Positions 1 to 9,800 of a stretch of 64,000 nt of DNA are shown one piece after another (position 1 is the stretch's first letter; every line of letters begins with the position of its first letter). Below the pieces are notes generated by a model. It saw nothing but the letters and a program-made list of their open reading frames with translations, did not search any database and was not told where the DNA came from. This DNA is from Pseudomonadota bacterium. Its GTDB lineage: Bacteria; Desulfobacterota; Desulfobulbia; Desulfobulbales; JAHJIY01. The stretch spans positions 1,963 to 65,962 of the forward strand of contig JAHJIY010000004.1 in NCBI GenBank assembly GCA_018823175.1, read 5' to 3'. The position numbers and the translations under genes are program-made.

Positions 1-819
1 GCCGGTTAAAGGTCCCTGGGGATTCTTCATTGGACTGTTTTCATAATAGTCCTTGCCATACCAGTCTCCAGTCCACTCCCAGACGTTGCCCACCATATCA
101 TATAAGCCAAAAGCATTGGGTTTAAACTGCCCCACCGGGGCAGTCACAATGTAACCATCATCACAATTATGAATAGTCCAATCAGACCAAAATGTATTTG
201 CCGTTATATCAGCGATATTGCCATACATACAGGCATCATCCGGACTATCCCCCCAGAACCTGGAGGTTTTACTGCCGGCCCGGGCCGCATATTCCCACTC
301 CGCTTCGGTTGGCAACCGAAAGGTCTTGCCGCTTTCCCTATTTAACCACTCGATATAGGCCATGGCATCATCCCAAGAGACATCGGTCACCGGTTGCTCC
401 TCGCCATTAAATGAATATCCTTCAATATTCCTGCTTACATGTTTGCCATTAAAGAGCTGATACTGGCGATTAGTCACCTCGTACTTCCCCATATAAAAGC
501 CATCGACACAGACCTGATGGACCGGCCCCTCATCAGGTTTCCTACTTTGTTCATCGTCAGGACTCCCCATCTCAAAACAGCCGCCATCAATCCAGACGAA
601 ATCCATTCCGGTTACAAGATCCACATAGTTTTCTGATGCAGGTCCGGATTGTAAGGGAAGATCCGGCTGATCATCCTTTCCGGTTACCGGCTCGACATAG
701 TTTTCGGCCGCAGGTACCGATTGCAAGGGAAGAACCGGTTGATCATCCTTGCGAGACACCAAAAATAGAGCGATCATTACTACTAAACCCAGCAATACCA
801 CCGACAAAAACCATTTCAT
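1..819 (-). CDS. Formylglycine-generating-enzyme (FGE)/sulfatase-modifying-factor domain protein; the C-terminus lies beyond the window edge
   Basis: Missing from the ORF track because there is no stop codon inside the window. I translated the minus strand from the ATG at 819 (an alternative in-frame ATG is at 828). The product starts MKWFLSVVLLGLVVMIALF, which looks like a signal peptide or membrane anchor. Two 24-aa KDDQPxLPLQSxPAxENYV repeats follow. After those come DGGCFEMGSP, GPVHQVCVDGFYMGKYEVTN, VSWDDAMAYIEWLN, RLPTEAEWEYAARAG and YDMVGNVWEWTGDWY, which are hallmark FGE-sulfatase domain motifs. Confidence 0.8.
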   Translation of the reverse strand, partial: MKWFLSVVLLGLVVMIALFLVSRKDDQPVLPLQSVPAAENYVEPVTGKDDQPDLPLQSGPASENYVDLVTGMDFVWIDGGCFEMGSPDDEQSRKPDEGPVHQVCVDGFYMGKYEVTNRQYQLFNGKHVSRNIEGYSFNGEEQPVTDVSWDDAMAYIEWLNRESGKTFRLPTEAEWEYAARAGSKTSRFWGDSPDDACMYGNIADITANTFWSDWTIHNCDDGYIVTAPVGQFKPNAFGLYDMVGNVWEWTGDWYGKDYYENSPMKNPQGPLTG

Positions 820-1036
820 TTTACCCATATCTTGCTACCCTTTGAAATTTAGGAGATTACAATGAAATATTACTTTTCATAATTTAATGTGAAAATTGGA
901 AAAATACCAGATTCTTTCTTCCCATGAGCGCCTGCTAATCCTGAGTAATGCCAAGCGAATTGCTGTTCAATCATTGATTATAATATTGTAATTACTCACC
1001 CCCATGGCCACCCTACTATCAATAACCACTAGAGTT

Positions 1037-1145
1037 GTAAATGCTTACAGGGTATCGGAGATGCGAGGCATCGTCGTGCGACGCGTACTTCCTGTACGTG
1101 AGCATGGCGATAACGAAGCAGATTCGGTTTCCTGTAAGCAGTTAC
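1037..1145. repeat. Imperfect palindromic intergenic element of about 109 bp
   Basis: The outer arms GTAAATGCTTACAGG (1037-1051) and CCTGTAAGCAGTTAC (1131-1145) are near reverse complements. The interior is also self-complementary around GTACttcctGTAC. Internal strings (GCTTCGTTATCGCCATGCTCACG on the reverse strand, CATCGTCGT) resemble the element at 34977-35121. Confidence 0.5.
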
Positions 1146-1168
1146 ATCAAATTATCATCATCTGTTGC

Positions 1169-3406
1169 TCAATTCTGATTACTCTTCGGGGCAATTCTTT
1201 TGGCTTTTGAAAAAAAAGCCTCCGCCTCCTTGCTTCTCCCCTGCTCTTGCATGATCATGCCAAGATTATAATATGCCTCACCATATTCAGGGTCTTTGGC
1301 GATTGTTTTTTGGTAATGGTCAATTGCTTGCTGGATTTCCCCTCGCATTTGTAAAACACTGGCGAGATTATATTCGGGAATGGCAGAGGCCGGATTGAGT
1401 TGAATCGCTTTTCTGAAATGCGGTTCAGCTTTCTCCTTTTCTCCTGAAATGACCAGAAGTACCCCCAAATTAACATGTTCACTGAAAAGGTTGGGGTTCA
1501 TCTTCAGCACATTTTCATATTCCCTTACCGCTTCACCAATATGTTCTGTTGCGGTATAGCTTTCAGCCAGGCTCTGACGCATTTCCAATGAGTCTGGAAC
1601 AATTCTCACCGCTTCCTTAAAATTGTTCAGAGCATCGTCATTTTTACCTAATTTTTTTAAAGCCTTACCCAACCCATAATGGGCTTCCGCAAGCCTATGG
1701 ACCTCTCTGTATCGCTGCATATCCTCTTCCGATCTTCCCCGGTTTTCAAAAAGACCGGCAATCTCCTGTGCGGAATGATTACCAGGATATGTCTCTACAA
1801 TCTTGTTAAAATACTCAATGGCCTGGGTTGGATTTTCTCTCCGTAAAGCATTCTGGCCAAGAATAATGAGCGTCTCTTTATTTTTAAAGATCTCATATGA
1901 CTTCAGGTAAAGATTATGGGCCTCTTCCAGCTTGCCGGCCCAGTTCATAACTGATCCCAGGTTGAATAAAGACCTGGCGATCATTTCCGGATCGAGTTGG
2001 GCTTCCTTCTTTTTTGTAACAGCAGCAATGGCTTCATCATTCCATGTAGGAACAGGTTTAACCGTCCCTTGGCGCACGAGCTCATCCAGCAGATTAAGGG
2101 CCAGCAGACGATAACCCTGGTAAGTCATATGGACATGATCTAGAAAATATTCTTCTCCAAAGATAGTATGCCCATAGTCCCGAGCATAGATCTTTTCAAG
2201 GCTGGACTGGAAATCGACCAGAGGTACACCCATTTTCTCGGTTACAGACCGCAAGTCCCTGATCATGGGGGTCAGGATGCGCAGCGGGCAGATATCTTCA
2301 TCCACCGCCCGCTGAAACGATTCTTTTGCCTCACCAAATTGTCCAAGTTTGAAAAATGCCCAACCTAAACTGAAATCAACGTGCGCAAAGCGACTGTCGA
2401 TGACCAGCGCTTTCTGAAATATATTCACAGCCTCCCCGTATTTTCCTGAGTTGAACAGGCTAGTCCCAGAGATATAAAGATTCTCCCAGCGCTTCCTCTT
2501 GTCTCCGGTCAATCCCTCATCAATTTGACTTTTAAAGGGAGAGATATCCTTCAGATTTTTTACTGGATTAACGAAGATTATTTCACTGCCAACCGAACGC
2601 GCCGCAGCGACCATGCGCTCAAGGTTAAATTTAAAATGGGCAATAACATCCTGTTCAAAAAGATCATCACGCTGATATGCTTCCGGACCAACTGACTGGT
2701 TGAGTATCTCCTGCACCTCGCCGGTCATCTGGTATTTTTTTTGGGCCTGAGAGGATGAGGATGGCACAGCCTTATCAATAACATATTTCATCGCGGAATA
2801 AATCCGGGTTGATCCTAAAATCTCGGTCAGGCCAACAATGACCCAGGGAATTTCCTGAACATGCTGATACGTTCGATTTTCCAGGAATTCATTATGGCCT
2901 GAATAAATAATAAAAAGATCCGGCTCATACTGGCCTAATTCCTTCATCAATTCTGCGACCCGATAGCTGGCATAACTGATGCCACCAGCATTGATCACCT
3001 CCCATTGGTGGGAAGGATCTGCCACCGGTAGAAATGCCCGCAGCCAACTGCTGAAAGACATCTTATCATCATAAGGACGGCCATATGTCGTTGAGCCACC
3101 GAGACAAAATATTCTAAAAGTATTGGGCCCCTTTTTTTTAGGGAAATTCTGGGCATTGAAAAATTTAAGTTTGTTTTTTGCTGTTGTCATCATTACCGAG
3201 CCATCCGACTGGGTCTCTTCGACAAAAAGCGGTTGAAAATAGGAAAAACCAACAAAGGGGTCATTGAGTGAGGTATATGGTTTAACACCAACCACACCGA
3301 GCACAACCTCAATAAAAACGAAAAAACAAATCGTTACCAAGGCAGCAAAAACGAACTTTTTCCATAAGAATATATGTTTTACAGATGATTCTTGCGGATC
3401 AAACAT
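1169..3406 (-). CDS. Membrane-anchored SGNH/GDSL-like hydrolase domain fused to C-terminal TPR repeats
   Basis: 745-aa ORF with an N-terminal TM helix (FVFAALVTICFFVFIEVVLGVVG). SGNH-like blocks are present: FCLGGSTTYG, NAGGISYASY, YSGHNEF and LDHVHMT. The C-terminal half is made of repeated TPR-type helices such as AxxxYxxAlxxxP and ends EAYYNLGMIMQEQGRSKEAEAFFSKA. Confidence 0.65.
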   Translation of the reverse strand: MFDPQESSVKHIFLWKKFVFAALVTICFFVFIEVVLGVVGVKPYTSLNDPFVGFSYFQPLFVEETQSDGSVMMTTAKNKLKFFNAQNFPKKKGPNTFRIFCLGGSTTYGRPYDDKMSFSSWLRAFLPVADPSHQWEVINAGGISYASYRVAELMKELGQYEPDLFIIYSGHNEFLENRTYQHVQEIPWVIVGLTEILGSTRIYSAMKYVIDKAVPSSSSQAQKKYQMTGEVQEILNQSVGPEAYQRDDLFEQDVIAHFKFNLERMVAAARSVGSEIIFVNPVKNLKDISPFKSQIDEGLTGDKRKRWENLYISGTSLFNSGKYGEAVNIFQKALVIDSRFAHVDFSLGWAFFKLGQFGEAKESFQRAVDEDICPLRILTPMIRDLRSVTEKMGVPLVDFQSSLEKIYARDYGHTIFGEEYFLDHVHMTYQGYRLLALNLLDELVRQGTVKPVPTWNDEAIAAVTKKKEAQLDPEMIARSLFNLGSVMNWAGKLEEAHNLYLKSYEIFKNKETLIILGQNALRRENPTQAIEYFNKIVETYPGNHSAQEIAGLFENRGRSEEDMQRYREVHRLAEAHYGLGKALKKLGKNDDALNNFKEAVRIVPDSLEMRQSLAESYTATEHIGEAVREYENVLKMNPNLFSEHVNLGVLLVISGEKEKAEPHFRKAIQLNPASAIPEYNLASVLQMRGEIQQAIDHYQKTIAKDPEYGEAYYNLGMIMQEQGRSKEAEAFFSKAKRIAPKSNQN

Positions 3407-3776
3407 AGAATTCCCCGTCTAAATATTTTGGTTAATCCGGACTTACCAATTTCATAACCTAATCAGTTGCAAATATGACATCAATATATAAACCAAAAAG
3501 AAGGTACAAGTTTTTGCATAATTTCCAGCCTGAATCTTGATGGCTTCGAAGTTAACCAGCTTGACTGGAAACGAAAAGTCCAAATCGACCAAATTGGCAG
3601 ACGATTTTTCAATAAGTTAAATAGCACTATCCGTCCTACTGTCAGCATACGAAACTGCTGACGATTGACACGTGGCTTTTTACGTCCAACCTCTACCTCA
3701 GGCTTAAATACTACAGGGGATTAGACCAAATCCATTACTCTTCAATTGGTCTGTAGTTGGGAAATCTGGATATAGC

Positions 3777-3806
3777 AAAAAAAAAGGGGCGCCCGGAGGG
3801 CGCCCC
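3777..3806 (-). terminator. Rho-independent terminator of the giant cytochrome gene
   Basis: The minus strand reads GGGGCGCCC-tccg-GGGCGCCCC followed by a run of 9 T. It lies 29 nt downstream of the stop codon at 3835. Confidence 0.85.
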
Positions 3807-3834
3807 TTAAAGCCGTCAGATGACGGGTTGAGGT

Positions 3835-6800
3835 TTAATTGTTGTTACATTCGGACTGGATTGCAACCGCTGAACCGGCAAGTCTCGAATTGGCACCAAC
3901 TGTAATTGTAATGTTATCAGTGGTGTTACCGGTTGCAGCGTTAGTCCTCTGCCATACTTCGGTATACGTAAGAGCATTCGTCATGGTATACGAAGGTGAA
4001 GTAGTAGCATCGAGTGTACAATCGGTTGTACTATTACTTGATGCTCCGATTACTGCAAAGTCATTCGCCGCATAAGAGATTGGCAAGTTCACAGTAGTAG
4101 TTGTAGCACGAGTGTTATTGTAAGCAGCAACACCAGTCCCTCCACTCGGGGATGGATTCGTCTGATTGACATAGTCATATGCTATAGCAGCCATAGCTAT
4201 TTCGGTAGGTGTAGAGCTGGTCGTATAATCCAAAACCGAATTGGTGGCCGCATCGAGGCACGCTTCATCACAGAAACCTATCCAGGACTGAGCCCTCTGA
4301 GCGGTGACGTCATCTCCAGCATTAGCTACCATGGAAAGAGATTGTCCACCATAGGTAACCGCTTTGGTTGTAGCACCGGCAGTACCGTAGTGCATGCCTA
4401 ATTGAACAACCAGGAGCCTACGACCTGCATCGCCAGCGCCAGGCGTCGTATGAGACCCGGTCGGGACAGCGAATGTACCAAGATCATTAACCTGCGTAAA
4501 ACCTGCCAATACGGTAGCAGTACCACAGGAAGGCGCAGCAGTAACGGTCGCAACAATTGAATCATTAAACGATCCAGAAGCATCCGAGACCGTGTAGCTA
4601 ATGGTACAAGACTGAGCTCCAGCCGGAGCGGTCCAGCTTATGTTGGTAGGCTGACCGATTGCCTGATAAGCGGTTGGGATACTGGTATTAACCGTCCCAC
4701 CACAGTTATCAGAGAATGCTGTTACCCTAATCTGGTCAGCTTCGTTATCAGTAACCGTACTGGTTACCTCAATATTAGTTTTGGTCGTGCTCTCCACAAT
4801 ATTGAAGTCAGCAGGTGGTGTTCCGATAACCGGAGCATTATTAGCCGTAGCAGTAATAAAGACCGTGGCGGTAGCAGTGCTGGCGTCACTAGCGGTAATG
4901 GTATAGGTGAATTGGGTATTACCAGTCGTACCATTACCGGTAAAGTTAACACTGACATTATCAAGCCCGATACCCACCGAACCGAAAGTAGGTTGAGTTA
5001 CCCCAGTAATGGTGATGCCGGTACCGCCGTCATTAGCAAACAGGGTCGCCAGGTTGGTGACCACTAAATTGCCTGAGCCTACCGTTAAGCGGACCGGAGT
5101 CCCATCATCCCCTGCAGAGGCCGGGGTCGGCACGTTAGCATCAGTGATCGGATAAGCCATGACATCGACACTATCACTTTGAGAACTGACCACGTTTACT
5201 GTCCTTCCATCGGTCGGATAAGTGTAATTAAGCACTTCGGCCGTACAGGAACCGGTATCGATAAATCCTACATTACCCGCGCCATTCTCCAGAGTCAGAT
5301 CAGTACAGACCCCGTTGGTGACTGTCGCGGTCACGGTCAGAGTCGTCCCAAGCCAGTTCGCACTGGAAACCGCAACGATATCAATAGTTGCATTCTTCTG
5401 CACCCTGGCGTTCGGGGTTTGCTGGGCAAAGGCCGGGATCGTATCAAGCACCGCCGTAGTCGGAGTCGGGTAATTCGTATTGGAGTTATAGGCGGCGCCG
5501 GTCCAAGGAAGCGGAACGCTAAGCTGACCATCCGTAGTCGGAGTGGCTACCGCCGTCGGCATGGTTACACCCTTATAGGTCCGCCCGTTGGCCCGGGAAT
5601 TGTTGTTATAATACCCGGCATTTTTAGAACCTAAAGAACCATTGGTCCGATTACCACAACGGGTTGAGCCCCAGGTGGTAGAGTTCCAGGCAGTGCCGAC
5701 CGCATCATTACCACTCGGATTTGTCCCGGTAGGCCGGAAGATATCACCATAGTAATTGATGTTACTGATGTCGTTAAAGTTAGTCCGGCCCGGCAGGTAT
5801 TGACCGGCATTATAGTTGGCCAAACTTCCGCAGTAACTCTGGGTCGGCTTGATATTGGTCGGGAAACCGTGCGCCGGGTTTACGACAGGAGCCAATACTC
5901 CGCCAGCGGTATTGGTACCATCATGACAACCAATACAGATACCCCAGTTGTTGATCTGGTTGGCGGTATTGGGAATGGTATGAACCGTGGTCTTGGGATA
6001 CGCTGCCGACCAGGCGCCGGTGGCGCCGGTGGCGCCGGTCTTCTTGGCATCCGACCCCTGGTTGAAGGCGGTAATGGTCATATTGTTACCCGCCCAACCG
6101 TCCGTCCGGCCGTTTTGGCTGGAGGCAACTTGCCCGGTACCCTTGGCAGCCTTAGGCATCACATGACACTCCTCGCAGGCCAGATGGGTCGGCGGCGCGG
6201 TATAGCCGCCACCAGGCCGGTTGGTGGAGTAGGGAGAGACGTTCCAATTCGCAATCCGCGTATCGGTATGACAATGCTCACAGGCACCACTCAAGGTATT
6301 GGCATTCCCATGATGGATGTTGCCAAGAGGAGTAGCGTTATGACAACCCGTACAGACACCAGGGGTCATGGCGCCAACACCCTTAGTGGTAGGAGCCGTC
6401 TTCAATCCACCAGCTAATGTGGTGGGATCAAAAGTATGGCAGGTAACACAGGCGTTGTGCACCAGTCCGTCAGTAGTGCTCACCGGCATCGCCGTAGCGG
6501 TACCTGCGACATTGGCGGCAATATGGCAGCCACTAGTAATACAGCTGGTTCCGGTCGCCACAACCCGAGTCAGATGGTTAGCCGGCAACTTGGCCAGGCT
6601 TGAAAGACTCGAAGCATTTGCCGCATGGCAGGTTACACAGTTGTTACTGGTTGCGGTTGCCGTATCATGATGGATACCACCGATGACAATGTTACCAACA
6701 TTATGACAGGTCAGACAATTAAAGGTCGTAAGGTCAGAATGAGGTGCGCCGGCAACTTTATCAGTAGCTTCCCTGGCATCACCATCACCATTAGCCCCCA

Positions 6801-9800
6801 GTTTTGCGGTATCACGTCCAGTCTGACCGTTAATATGGCAGGTATCACAAACATTTCCGTGAACATCTTTAACCACATCAGGGTTTGCAACATTATCATG
6901 ACAGGTTCCACAAGCAGCTATACTTGCAGCGTCCCAAGCAAAGTGGGCAATATCATGTCCACCATGGGGTAGGGTCCGTACGCCATGACAATCGGCACAA
7001 TCCGGTGCAGCATTAGATCCGGTACGCTTACCATTAGTGATGGCGAGATCGATATCGGCCTTCACTAACTTACTGCCACCATAGTTATGACAACTGTCAC
7101 AGACCATGCCACCGCTATAAGACGTGGTAGCCCTTGTCATATGGCCGGAGTAAATATTGGTAAAGCCCATGGCATCATGGCAGGTGTTACAAGTTCCGGT
7201 AATCGAAACATCCTCAGTTCGAACTGGAGCATTAACCTGGCCATTCTCATAAACACCGGCCGAGTGATCAATCGCATGATCACTGTCATCAGAGTTGTAC
7301 GTAGTATGACAGGTGGCACAGTTACTGCTGTTGGCACCGGTTATCGGCATCACAGGTGCCCGAACACTTGTTCCTACCAGAGCACCGGAAGTGGTATTAT
7401 GGCAGGAATCACAAGCGTCATGCAGGAGATTGCTGGCACCTACCGTTATCCCGGTAAGGTATCCAGCCGTATTAACATGACATGCGGTGGTACAATCTGA
7501 GGCCGCATTGGCAACCGTCAGGCTGTGATTGGTGCCGGAGGTGGTATGGATCGACTGCCAACCTGCGCTATGACAAACGTCACACTCGCCGCCAACTACG
7601 GTCATGCCCGGAGCCAGGGCTGCGGTAACCAGACCGCCATCAACATCATGACAGTTCTCACAATCACCGGAGAATTGACCGGTAATATTGTTATGAACAT
7701 CAAGTGCGGCAGTAAACGGTGAAACATTAGCCCGGGCTGCGTTAGCAGTACCATCGGCATCATGACATCTCTCGCAGGTGACACTGGTCGTAGTCTTAAC
7801 CAGGCCGACATGAATGGCCGGGGCCGAAGTGGTATGCATACTCTCCCAAGCATCGGTATGACAATCGGCACAGTTATTGGTCCCGGTTGACATCACGTTT
7901 ACACCTTTGGTTCCAGGTGCGGTTACCAGGGTTCCACGATAATCAGTGCTGACCGCCAGTGTATGACAAGTGCCGCAAGCATCATGAACCCCGTTATCAC
8001 CAAGTGCAACCGGAGCGCCGGTTCCGGCGGTATCAGCGGTCGCGGTATGACAACCGACACAGGTACTTGGAATGGCGGTATTATCAATGGTCGCGCTGTG
8101 GCTTGTCGCGGTATGACAGCGAACAGCACAGTTGGCAACAAGCTCTGGACTGTTGGTCTTGTTATCATGATGGATCCCGCCGATTGTCCCGGCATTAACT
8201 GCGGTCCCTGAGGTAGCCGGGCTATGACAGGTTAAGCAATTAAAGGTGGTCAGGTCGGAATGGGGAGCGCCGGCAACACCATCGGTTGCTCTGGTGGCGT
8301 CACCATCGATACCGTTTAATCCCGCACCGGCCTCTGCTGTATCACGACCGGTTGAGCCATCAACATGACACATATCACAAACACCATGGATATCATCTGC
8401 CACATTAGGAGTACCCGCATTATTATGACATGAACCACAAGCGGTTATGGATGCGGCATCCCAAGGGAAATCAGTCGCAGGATGACTTCCATGCGGCAGA
8501 CCACGTGGACCATGACAATCAGCACATGAGGCCAAGTTTGCAGGTATATCTGTTTTCGCACTAGCGATGGTATTAGCAACTGCGGCAACGGCACTGTTAT
8601 GGCAAGTACCGCAGGTAATTGCCGTTCCAGCTAAAGTACCATCGGTTACGCCAGTAATATCGGCAACTTTAATCGTCAGACCGACATGAGCGCTGGCCAG
8701 ATTGGTATTAAAGTTGGTGCCGCCGGAACCTTTGCCGGCATGACAGGTATTACACTGACCAATTACACTACCAGTTGCACTACTTTCCTGAGTAATCGCA
8801 TCTTCGTAGTCAGTATTGTTATGCTCGGAAGCATGACCATTGACCCGATCGGTATGACACTGGGCACAATTCTGAGCCGTACCTTTGACATGGGTAGCAG
8901 CGTAACTCCTCAATGTACCGTCATCAGGGGTTCCAGTCGTATCGGTATGACATGAATTACAACTGTTATGAACCGCCGTCTGGACATTGCCGATATGACA
9001 TACTTCACATGAGCCGGTAGTGGCAGTAACCATAGTTGCATGGGTATCAGTGGTTACGGTATGACTGGCATCATTAAAATCATTGGCCAGTGTGGAATGG
9101 CATTTCAAACAGTCACTAGCAACCCCGAAGACATGGTTGGTAGCGCTGCCTTTGAGCGTACCGTTTGTCACATCATTGGTATGGCAGATGTTACATTTGC
9201 TACCATGGATACCGGTAATAATATTGGTCGTACCATGACAGGTAGTACATTTTGCTGAATTAGTTGAAACTACCTTGGTGTGAGTCTGGACCTGATGGGC
9301 CGCCTTGAAATCACTGTAGGCGCCATGACATGTGTTACAGTCACTTGGGATGTTAATCACATGAAGGGTAGCGTTACCTACGGAGATAGCGGCAGCCCGA
9401 CTGGTAGCTCCCGTACCATCTACAAATCGACCATCGGTTCCACCAGTAACAACCGTATCAAGATGACAGTTCTCACAACCATTAACATTATGGGTATTAG
9501 CCACGATATTGGCGGCTGAACTACCGTCATGACAGTTGGTTGTACAGTTACCGGCAGCGTTAGCGGTAATTACATCCGCTGCCGCTTGAGTCTGGTGGTT
9601 GGTGTTGTTATGACCGGCGCCAGCAAAGTCGGTATTATGACTAGCATGACAATCGACACAGGTTCCACCGTGACCACTGTTAATTCCTTCGTAGTTCACT
9701 TGCTCGCTAATGGTACCACCGAGCGGAGCATCACCGCCAACACTGTAGTTCCAAAGAGCGTCGCCACCGGTCGGAGCTTTATGACATTTGCCACAAACGC

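Noticed and set aside
192-845. Three plus-strand ORFs at the left edge (192-410, 439-636, 636-845).
   Set aside because: They are antisense to the FGE-sulfatase domain gene, which runs off the window edge.
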